55,001 bases of DNA from IMG/VR virus record IMGVR_UViG_3300024288_000002, positions 1 through 55,001 of that record. One strand, given 5' to 3'. The notes under the pieces were generated by a model. That model did no database searches and was not told the DNA's origin. It was given only the letters and a program-made list of their open reading frames with translations. Both the position numbers and the translations under genes were made by a program. This DNA comes from a virus. Taxonomy: Duplodnaviria > Caudoviricetes. Below are positions 46,409-54,110 of the stretch, piece by piece (positions within the stretch are counted from its first letter, which is position 1; the number at the start of each line of letters is the position of its first letter).

Positions 46409-46858
46409 TTAGATGCCGTGCTGTTCGGGCTGGAAGACGAATGCCTCGTTAGCGTCGGCTGCCAGACCTTCCTTGACGGCGTCGGCGATCTTGTCGAGCT
46501 GATCGTCGGTCGTATCCTTCTCGACCATGTTGAACTTCATCCCCGGCTCCCGATGCCCTGCCTCAGGCCTCGTGAGGAACGTTGGGCCATCCGTCGGAGT
46601 GCGCGGAAGGTCCGGGATCGGTCGTGAAGCGACATCCCCGTTGTCCGTGTCGATCAGGTCGACGGTTCGCGTCTGCTCGATCCCGTCGCCGGGCTCCCGC
46701 ATCTGCATAGCCATCATCACGGTTTCCCAGCGGGTCTCGTCGTCGGCGTCCATCTCAGCTGCCCGAGCCTTGTCGAGGTCCATACCAGGGTAGGTGGCCT
46801 CGGTGTACTCGACGTCAGTGACGACCCGCACGGTGTCGATGATTCGGAACGTTTTCAC
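46409..46858 (-). CDS. Hypothetical acidic protein
   Basis: GGAG RBS; high-GC codon bias. Confidence 0.65.
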   Translation of the reverse strand: MKTFRIIDTVRVVTDVEYTEATYPGMDLDKARAAEMDADDETRWETVMMAMQMREPGDGIEQTRTVDLIDTDNGDVASRPIPDLPRTPTDGPTFLTRPEAGHREPGMKFNMVEKDTTDDQLDKIADAVKEGLAADANEAFVFQPEQHGI

Positions 46859-46952
46859 TTGTCATCTCCAGGTTTGACGTTAACAAGCAAGAGAACAGTC
46901 ACAAGCTGTAGCTTCCTGTTACGCTGTGGCTATTCTCTTGCTTGCTAATTCA

Positions 46953-46984
46953 ATTATACGCTGGACATACCTCGCGACTACAAG
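46953..46984 (-). promoter_or_regulatory. Conserved leftward promoter, copy 4
   Basis: CTTGTAGTC-N17-TATAAT. Confidence 0.75.
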
Positions 46985-47319
46985 GTGTCTCTTTGAGGGC
47001 TATTAAATGTAGTCATGGTTCTTAGCCTTGTGCATGCGACGAGCCTGTTGCCTAGTAAGAATCGGATGCCAACCAGCAACGAACTTGAGAAAGAGGCAGG
47101 CGCACGTCCACCCAGTACAAAAGGCGGTGACTATGATCATCCACTCAGGCATCTGAGTACTCCCCAATCCAACCAGCGTCAGGGTGACGCAACTGCTTCG
47201 GGTCACCAGGAATAATCGGAACGGTTTTGTTCCACTTGCCCTTGATCGTGGTGTCGATGATGTCGATCACGTTACGGAGCTCATCGATGGTAACTCCGAA
47301 GTGCTTGATCTTTGCCACG

Positions 47320-47399
47320 AGGGGATGAAAGGAATCGAACCTCTATATACCGTGCAGCAGCCAGTAAGCACGGGCGCTCTACCATTGAGCTACATCCCC
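47320..47399 (-). ncRNA. tRNA-like RNA 4 (anticodon arm extended by about 8 nt)
   Basis: Acceptor GGGGATG/CATCCCC; D arm GCTC-AATGGTA-GAGC; T arm AGAGG-TTCGATT-CCTTT. Confidence 0.8.
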
Positions 47400-47473
47400 A
47401 TATGTAGTTAGGTTTCGACAAAAACGATCTCCTTAGAGATGCGCCAGTTAATCAAGCCAGCCCTGTGGGTTAC

Positions 47474-47683
47474 TCAGACGCCTACGGCTCCATTCATCGT
47501 CATGAACGCGAAGGCCGCGTCATGCCAAAGGTTGACGAAGTAGCCTGGAGCGTTGTGACGCTTCTTCGACTTGTCCAGCGACCGAACGTATCGACGCCAG
47601 CCACCACCAATTCGACCGAGCTCCCTGTCTACCCAACTCCACTTGGATTCGCAGGGCCGGATGATGTTGTTTGATCTGTGCAT
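47474..47683 (-). CDS. Small basic hypothetical protein
   Basis: AAGGAGG RBS after promoter copy 5. Confidence 0.6.
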   Translation of the reverse strand: MHRSNNIIRPCESKWSWVDRELGRIGGGWRRYVRSLDKSKKRHNAPGYFVNLWHDAAFAFMTMNGAVGV

Positions 47684-47708
47684 TGTACCTCCTTGCTAGT
47701 CTTCCTTA

Positions 47709-47740
47709 ATTATACCGTGACAATCAAGTCTGACTACAAG
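47709..47740 (-). promoter_or_regulatory. Conserved leftward promoter, copy 5
   Basis: CTTGTAGTC-N17-TATAAT, overlapped by an upstream hairpin. Confidence 0.75.
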
Positions 47741-47772
47741 CGTCTCCTCTGGTTGAGAGAAGACGCTTGTGC

Positions 47773-48063
47773 TCAGGCTTGCTTCTGAGCTGGCAAACGC
47801 CTTGTGGGCGTTACCGGATTCGACCGCAACATAACTGCCATGTTCGATGCGAGCAGGGCGCATGTCATGAACTTGTTACGGTCGCCGACCGCATCCTTGT
47901 ATCCCTTGTTGTCACGTAGGAGCACTGACGCGTCGTTCTTGTTGCCAGCCCTATTAAGGGCCTGCTTCTCGTACTCATTTACGAGTTCCTGCATCTCAAG
48001 GTACTGAGCGTAGCAGAGTACTGCCTCTTGTGCATAGTATTGTGGATTGGTTAGGTCGGGCAT
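47773..48063 (-). CDS. Hypothetical protein
   Basis: AAGGAGG RBS before ATG at 48063. Confidence 0.6.
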   Translation of the reverse strand: MPDLTNPQYYAQEAVLCYAQYLEMQELVNEYEKQALNRAGNKNDASVLLRDNKGYKDAVGDRNKFMTCALLASNMAVMLRSNPVTPTRRLPAQKQA

Positions 48064-48118
48064 GTTTTCCTCCTTTGTAACCATGAAGGCCGACATCCTT
48101 AGATGTCGACCAACATTG

Positions 48119-48463
48119 CTACATGGTGGAAAGGAAGTCGTGCGTGGGTGTTAGCACGATCTCATCGAGGCTGTGGTCCGTCACCTCAACGTGTGGAACG
48201 AATCCGCTTTCGTCGAGGCCGATGTCCGTCACGTTGCCACTACGCATTTGCTTGGGGGTATACTTCCTGGCCTTGTGCTCCAGGAGGTCCTGCGCCTGAC
48301 GTACCCTTGCCAGATGCGGCCGGGCAACCAACCGTCCAGCTCCCACGTTCTTCAGGGAGGCGCACTTCTTGCCCTTTTGCTGACCGCAGAGCGGACATCC
48401 AACGTGGAGTGCCCTGATCTCGCCAGGATTGAGTTGTACCTTACGCACGTTCTCTCCTCGCAT
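48119..48463 (-). CDS. Phage zinc-finger protein
   Basis: CPLCG..KG.KC...H..R motif. Confidence 0.6.
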   Translation of the reverse strand: MRGENVRKVQLNPGEIRALHVGCPLCGQQKGKKCASLKNVGAGRLVARPHLARVRQAQDLLEHKARKYTPKQMRSGNVTDIGLDESGFVPHVEVTDHSLDEIVLTPTHDFLSTM

Positions 48464-48679
48464 GTACTTGTACGATTCCAGTGGGGGATTTGGAAACGCG
48501 GACGATCTCGAGCTGATCGCCCACCTGGTACACTGTGCCTGGACCGTCGGTCAGAACGATCTGTATCTCAAGATCGTTCTCTCCCATGAACGCCCGATGA
48601 AGGTGTTCAAGGGCTTGTGTGTACTTCACACTACCTCCTTTCCATGAACGCACACGTCTCCGAACGTGTGCGAACAAAG

Positions 48680-48904
48680 CTAGGAGCTTTCGTCGACTTT
48701 TACTACCAGATCTCCGAACGGGCACTTGCATTCACCCGTAGCGCTCCGTTCGATGTTACCCTCCGGAAGCTTGATCACATGCAGACCTCGCTGGTAAGGG
48801 TTCTTGGTGAAGTACTCGGCGGTCGGGTGGTTCTTGCAGGTGAGCGCGAACATGTCTGGTCCAGGCTCTGGAAAACGGAACTCTTTTACAGGCACCAATG
48901 GCAT
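48680..48904 (-). CDS. Small Cys-containing hypothetical protein
   Basis: AAGGAGG RBS; CKNH...CKC. Confidence 0.55.
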   Translation of the reverse strand: MPLVPVKEFRFPEPGPDMFALTCKNHPTAEYFTKNPYQRGLHVIKLPEGNIERSATGECKCPFGDLVVKVDESS

Positions 48905-48962
48905 GGCTACCTCCTTCCACAGCCAACGACGAACCGAGGCTCGCCGATGACTGAAGCTGGAG

Positions 48963-49268
48963 CTAGAACTTTGGCTCGAACCACTCTCGGATGTCGAGCT
49001 TGATCTCGCCTCGCTTGGTGTGAACGACGGTCACCCGAAGTTCACCTTCCTTGTAGGGTATCGCAACGTACACCTTGCGGCCGAAGTTGTCCTTCTCCTC
49101 GGTCCACTGGTTCATCTCGCTTTCCAGCAGCGAGTCGAGGATGGGATCGAACGCCTTGTCGTCCGCATCCTCGTCGCTGTAGCAGATGTCGATGTCCTCG
49201 AGCACCTTCTGCAGCCAGTTGAGATAACGGTCGTTCAGTTCGAGGTGTGCACCCTTACCTGGAAGCAT
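48963..49268 (-). CDS. PC4/YdbC-like ssDNA-binding protein
   Basis: C-terminal 'ELRVTVVHTKRGEIKLDIREWF' matches the PC4 signature. Confidence 0.6.
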   Translation of the reverse strand: MLPGKGAHLELNDRYLNWLQKVLEDIDICYSDEDADDKAFDPILDSLLESEMNQWTEEKDNFGRKVYVAIPYKEGELRVTVVHTKRGEIKLDIREWFEPKF

Positions 49269-49705
49269 TACTCTCCTTTTCGTACGCCGTCGACGATGAT
49301 CGCGGCGATGCTACGATCGATGGCTGACTGGATCGTTCCGATCGACCGGGCAAAGTTGATTGCCCAGAGAACCGTCTGGATCCGCTCTTCCCGTGATCCG
49401 GACAAGGTCGTAGCCCAATCGGCGAGGATGTTCTCCTTGCCATGGTCTACTGCTGGCTCCGATGGTCCAAAGCTGTCATCCTCCTGGTGTACTCGGTTGT
49501 CGCCGTTCTTGACCAACCCACCAGTGGAATCCTTGCTCCACACGCTGCCACCGCTGGCGTCGTTGAAACTCTTCCACAGTTCCTTGCGGGCCTTGTGCGA
49601 CTGTGCAGGTGGGTACCTGCGGCGGCCTGTACCATCAGCCACCTCACACCTGTTACCAACCGCAGCACCACATGCGGGGCACACAACCGTTAGGTACTTA
49701 TGCAT
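49268..49705 (-). CDS. Phage zinc-finger protein
   Basis: CPACGA..G.RC...H..R motif, shared with 48119-48463. Confidence 0.6.
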   Translation of the reverse strand: MHKYLTVVCPACGAAVGNRCEVADGTGRRRYPPAQSHKARKELWKSFNDASGGSVWSKDSTGGLVKNGDNRVHQEDDSFGPSEPAVDHGKENILADWATTLSGSREERIQTVLWAINFARSIGTIQSAIDRSIAAIIVDGVRKGE

Positions 49706-49808
49706 TCACCCTCCACTGTCAAACGGGTCCCTGTCTCATCATTCCCACAGGGGCTTTCCGTCCGTGAGCAACGGCGCTACTTCGATGCTGACCCGTTGCT
49801 TCCCTGTT

Positions 49809-50288
49809 TCAGTACGAAACTCCTTGTGCAGTCAAAGCCTTGATGGCGGCTTCTGTGTTACGGAGCTCTTCCGTAAGGAACGCCTCGTCCTCTTGGCTCC
49901 AGCTCGGGTGACCGTTGTACTTGCTGGTAAGGTCGAGATGAAGTCGTTGCTTGTAGGAACGAAGAGCGAACCAGACAGTCTTTCCATGGTTCTCGTTCAG
50001 CGTTACAGCGCCGACTTCTAACCCGTCGAGAGCTGCAATCTCCCAGCCGCTGACAGTATAGAGGCGAATACCTAGATTCCAGCCGTCGTCCACCCAGCCT
50101 TCGAAGGCCTCACCGTCCTCGTTAATTCCGCGAACCCAGTGGATTTCCTCCTCTTCGCCCATCTCGAACATCCGAGTCATGGTATCGAAGAGTGCCTTCT
50201 CGTCGTATCCCAAAGTGCGGATATCGCTGAGTGTAGCGTCATCGATTTCCACCTTGTACTTACGGGCGACCTTTATAGTTGTAGGCAC
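49809..50288 (-). CDS. Hypothetical protein
   Basis: AAGGAGG RBS; 159-aa ORF. Confidence 0.6.
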   Translation of the reverse strand: MPTTIKVARKYKVEIDDATLSDIRTLGYDEKALFDTMTRMFEMGEEEEIHWVRGINEDGEAFEGWVDDGWNLGIRLYTVSGWEIAALDGLEVGAVTLNENHGKTVWFALRSYKQRLHLDLTSKYNGHPSWSQEDEAFLTEELRNTEAAIKALTAQGVSY

Positions 50289-50505
50289 GATGAATGCCTC
50301 CTTTCGAAGATTGGCTGCTTCGATGCTACGGCCTTGTTTCAGCCGACCAACCCTTTCCCTTTGTTACTCCGGCAGCGGTGGACAAGTCCAGTCGCCGTCG
50401 AAGAGCACATCCAAGGCCTCTCGATGCGCCTCAACCCACTCAGCGGTCACGATGGCCTTGAAGTGCCAATCTCCGTTGATCCTGACAAACAGTCCGTAGA
50501 CCATA

Positions 50506-50727
50506 TCAGTCTCCCTTCGGAGCTTCTACCCGCCAGAGAACGTCGTCTCCCGCGTCACCGCTTTCGCCGAACTTGAAGTAAGCCGCCTCACCATCGGATG
50601 GCCAGACGATTAGATCGAAGTCCGAGTGTAGCGAGATCTCCACCTTGACGATGTCTCCCTCGCGTTCGGTGTCGAGACCTGCGATCTCCTGCAGGTAGTC
50701 GACGATGTCTTGCTTGTGTTCGGACAT
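50506..50727 (-). CDS. Small acidic hypothetical protein
   Basis: ORF with an RBS in the early region. Confidence 0.55.
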   Translation of the reverse strand: MSEHKQDIVDYLQEIAGLDTEREGDIVKVEISLHSDFDLIVWPSDGEAAYFKFGESGDAGDDVLWRVEAPKGD

Positions 50728-51098
50728 TCAGTTGTTCCCTTCGGAGTGATGGACTCGTCGGCGTAGGCATTACCTACGGACAACGTTCGTCTCCCGACAA
50801 TCGCTGTTTCGTCCTTGTTCTTACTCTCCTACCTCCGGAAAGTAGCCCTCGATGGGTTCGGTGTTACGCTCCTGCTCTCCCCAGAAGTCGCAATCGATCT
50901 TATGAAGGCGCTCCGTTAGCTCCTTCATCTTTGGGAGCTCCCTCGGGTCGTACACTACCAGGTAGCGACTCCCTTTGTTACCCTTGTTGATCATGTTACC
51001 GGCCTTTCTATCTCAACGGTCAACTGATGATTCTGACCGTTTAGGGCCGAACGTTTAGGACCTGGATAACTCATCCCTAGCGAGTTACCGTTGATCTT

Positions 51099-51374
51099 TT
51101 ACGAAATGTTCCGCCGATCCAGCTTGGCGAGGTTGTTGGCACTTGCTCCTTGGCGGATGTGCCAATCTACCGTGTTGTCGAAGTCGCACGGATTGATCTT
51201 GTAGAACTGTGCGGCCATCTGCAACACTCTGTCGCGATGACGATCGACCGCTTTCTTCATGGCAGTCTTTTTGCCAGATGGATCCAACGGTAGGTCCGCC
51301 ACATCCAAAGGCGCAACGATGACAGCGATGAGTGCCGCCATCCCCTCTGGATGGTACTGCTTTGGAATTTTCAT
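51099..51374 (-). CDS. Hypothetical protein
   Basis: GGAG RBS. Confidence 0.55.
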   Translation of the reverse strand: MKIPKQYHPEGMAALIAVIVAPLDVADLPLDPSGKKTAMKKAVDRHRDRVLQMAAQFYKINPCDFDNTVDWHIRQGASANNLAKLDRRNIS

Positions 51375-51476
51375 TCGTTACTCCAGTGTGATGGATTGGA
51401 GTGGCTCGAACGAACCCCGTGATCGTTCGAACTGGAAATGTAGGAGAGCTGATGAGACTCTCCTACACCTCTACGT

Positions 51477-51692
51477 TTACATGTACGCTAGGAAGTTACC
51501 ATCGTCATCGACGATGGTACCAGAGAACTCGTGCTCTCCTTCTCCTCCTGTGCAGTACAAATTGCCATCGTCCAACTTCCAGTACGCTCCGTCCTTGAAG
51601 AAAACGAACGGCGCAGCATCAGCAGCTGGATTGGACTCGGCGGAGATTACCGCCGAGGTGTGCGTGTTGCATCGAATCTGAAACTTAAACAA
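51477..51692 (-). CDS. Hypothetical protein
   Basis: GAGGAGG RBS. Confidence 0.5.
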   Translation of the reverse strand: MFKFQIRCNTHTSAVISAESNPAADAAPFVFFKDGAYWKLDDGNLYCTGGEGEHEFSGTIVDDDGNFLAYM

Positions 51693-51773
51693 GGTCTTAC
51701 CTCCTCTCAGTAGACCCCGCGACTACTGAGCGAAGATGATAGGCTGATGTGGCCTATCATCTCCTACGCCTGT

Positions 51774-52103
51774 TTAGAACTCTCTCGTCCAATCCTCTTG
51801 CTCTTGTCCTGTTCTGTCACTATAAACGGCTTTGACAAAATCCAAGCCGTAGAATCGTGACGAGCCAGGACTTTGAGCAATGATCCTCTGGTTCAGAGTT
51901 CCTTGATTAGATACAGGTCGCTTACCAAGCTTCTGACCTGCCTTACATCCAATACCAGGACTCATCAGCGATCGGATCCGATCTTCGATTCGGCTAGATT
52001 CTGAGTCAGTCTGTCCGTTTCGAAGTCTAGCCTCTCGTTCAGCCATTAGCTGCTCGAGTTCGACTAGGCGGAGCTCTCGCTCCTTGTACAGGTAGTTACG
52101 CAT
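51774..52103 (-). CDS. Hypothetical protein
   Basis: AGGAG RBS downstream of promoter copy 6. Confidence 0.55.
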   Translation of the reverse strand: MRNYLYKERELRLVELEQLMAEREARLRNGQTDSESSRIEDRIRSLMSPGIGCKAGQKLGKRPVSNQGTLNQRIIAQSPGSSRFYGLDFVKAVYSDRTGQEQEDWTREF

Positions 52104-52166
52104 GTTACTCCTGTCTCTGTGTGGTGCTATTTAGTTGATAGGTGTTGATGTTTTGTTGCTAATTCT

Positions 52167-52197
52167 ATTATATAGTGAGGCTACAACGGAACACAAG
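52167..52197 (-). promoter_or_regulatory. Conserved leftward promoter, copy 6
   Basis: CTTGTGTTC-N16-TATAAT. Confidence 0.6.
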
Positions 52198-52271
52198 GGT
52201 CTTTTTAGGTGCTCTTTCAAGATCTTTTGCCGGGTTATTGGTAAGGTAAAGACCCACAGGGCGAGTTTCCC

Positions 52272-52547
52272 TTAATCCCACCAGTGGTCGTGTTTCTTCC
52301 CTAAAGACGGGCAAGAGAGGGCGGCGCAACGTTCGGCGCGGCTCTCGTAACACTGGAAATTGAGTAGCCCCCGAGTCATGTCACGACTACATTGAAACCT
52401 GACAAACTTACGAGCTGCCCTAGCTTTCGTGAATAGCATAGACCTGAATGACAGCATCTCGGATCTTGTTTCGTACTCGACACGGACTATACGTCCGTCG
52501 AGCCATTGTTCCCATAACATCTTCGAATGCTTAAGCGGTGGCTCCAC
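52272..52547 (-). CDS. Hypothetical protein (WxxWxDG type)
   Basis: Resembles its upstream neighbour. Confidence 0.55.
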   Translation of the reverse strand: MEPPLKHSKMLWEQWLDGRIVRVEYETRSEMLSFRSMLFTKARAARKFVRFQCSRDMTRGLLNFQCYESRAERCAALSCPSLGKKHDHWWD

Positions 52548-52552
52548 TGATC

Positions 52553-52978
52553 TTAGTCCTCAGGTCCTTTGTCGCCATATCCGTCATCGTACTCTACAGC
52601 CCACTTAGCATCTCGTTCTTCGGTAGACTTGAAGTACTGAAATCCGATACGTCCTCCAAGACCCTTCGTTTCCGTTTTCAGGATAAGACCCGAAGACCTG
52701 GCTCGGTTGTGCAACCTCTGCTGTAACGCACTGAGCGTGATCCCGAATTCCGTTGGTTCGGCATCGTGATATTCGCCGTTAGTCCAGAGTAGCCACGGGT
52801 ATTTCATGGTCTGACCTGATTTGGAAGGAAGTTGGTTATCTATCTTACTATCTACCTTGCTAGGTAGATAGGTAGGTAGGTGGGTAGATGGATGGGTAGG
52901 TAGATAGCCAGTAGTTGCCTCCTTACCAAAAACCTTCTCAAGATCAGCGTCAGTGACGGGGTCAAATGATCTAGACAC
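52553..52978 (-). CDS. Hypothetical protein (KYPWxxWxNG type)
   Basis: First gene after promoter copy 7; low-complexity linker. Confidence 0.55.
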   Translation of the reverse strand: MSRSFDPVTDADLEKVFGKEATTGYLPTHPSTHLPTYLPSKVDSKIDNQLPSKSGQTMKYPWLLWTNGEYHDAEPTEFGITLSALQQRLHNRARSSGLILKTETKGLGGRIGFQYFKSTEERDAKWAVEYDDGYGDKGPED

Positions 52979-53028
52979 AGTATACCCTTTCTGGGTAGCT
53001 ATCTAACTAGCTTGTTATCTATCTACCT

Positions 53029-53060
53029 ATTATACTGTGACTACATTACTCGACTACAAT
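53029..53060 (-). promoter_or_regulatory. Conserved leftward promoter, copy 7
   Basis: ATTGTAGTC-N17-TATAAT. Confidence 0.65.
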
Positions 53061-53634
53061 GGGGCGCTTTTCTATACTAAACGTCTATAAACCCGGTTTC
53101 CGAACGAGTGCTTTTTGTGAAAAATCCATCGGACCTGTCCCAGGCTATCTATCTATCTATCCTCTGTGTATATAGAAACATAATACTACCTGTATATATA
53201 CTACTATATAAGTGAGGGATAGGGGATTGGAGTCGGGAATTAGTATCATATTATACTGTACACGAAGGGCTTGTGGGTTTATAGAGAAAATTTTGTTACT
53301 ATCTACCCAGCTAGTTAGATAGTTACGTGGATAGTTAACTTCCGTACCCCTGTCACCGGGGCGCACTCGCCCTATTTCATCCCGTTTTACCCGTCTCGCA
53401 AATCCCTCCCGACGCCCCGTGGGATTCCTGTGTAGTTCGATCAGGGGGTCCGTACCCTAAATGCGGAATGCCCGAGAGGCCGAGTGAAGCAGAATTTTTC
53501 CTGGACCTGTATCGTCCTCCCGCAGGATCTTGAATCGACAAGATCCTCTTCAACACAGACGGGTGCCCTCCTGGTTCTAGCGGATAAAACAGTATAAATC
53601 CGGACATAGCTGGTTCTAACCGTACGATGATCAA

Positions 53635-54074
53635 GATCATGAGTAGGTTGGTTAGACGAACCTTCGGAACTTACTAGTTAGTTCGGAACTTACTTGTTCG
53701 TAACCGACTCAAGATCCAATTCGAGCTGGTTAGGATCTTGAATCTGCATGATCTGGATCTTGTTACGCTCCAAGTAACGAACTAGGAAGTTCCGTACTTC
53801 CTCGTTCGTAACGTTCCTGAGGTTCTCTCCGAAGATCTTTTCGCCTTTTACGATCATTCCGTTCCGGAGGTAGTTATACATCATCTGAGGACGAACCTCA
53901 GCCTTACCTACGCTCCGTAGGATCGTGTTAAGGATCTTAGAAATACCATACGCAGTATATAGATCCTCTGTGACGTACTCTTCGATACTAAACATAGCGC
54001 TTACCCTTCGGTTAGGTGTGTATCGAGATCTTTGAATCCCTCCGAAGGTTCGCCTAACGAACCTACTCATGATC
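53635..54074. repeat. 34-bp inverted repeat pair flanking one gene
   Basis: 53635-53668 vs reverse complement of 54041-54074, 32/34 identical. Confidence 0.85.
53690..53995 (-). CDS. Putative DNA-binding protein
   Basis: 'TAYGISKILN...VRPQMMYNYLRNG' HTH-like; related to 45624-46184. Confidence 0.6.
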   Translation of the reverse strand: MFSIEEYVTEDLYTAYGISKILNTILRSVGKAEVRPQMMYNYLRNGMIVKGEKIFGENLRNVTNEEVRNFLVRYLERNKIQIMQIQDPNQLELDLESVTNK

Positions 54075-54110
54075 CTCTCTCCGCTCCGTAGGATCTGGAG
54101 CATATGGAGG

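Noticed and set aside
43988-47399. Annotating the cloverleaves as standard tRNAs or tmRNA
   Set aside because: No canonical anticodon arm in any of them; RNA 1 has a D stem and no tag reading frame, unlike tmRNA.
49020-50021. 333-aa plus-strand ORF and similar antisense ORFs (e.g. 45621-46361, 44253-44801)
   Set aside because: Shadows of minus-strand genes that have RBSs and coherent operon structure.
51015-51762. Hammerhead ribozymes suggested by CTGATGA
   Set aside because: The motif lies in simple hairpin loops on the strand opposite the local genes, with no stem II followed by GAAA.
434-52261. CCCTGTGGG as DnaA boxes
   Set aside because: Differs from the TT(A/G)TCCACA consensus, and the copies are dispersed rather than clustered.
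22985-54103. Lysogeny module (integrase, repressor, parAB)
   Set aside because: No tyrosine or serine recombinase, or ParA, motifs recognised in any ORF.
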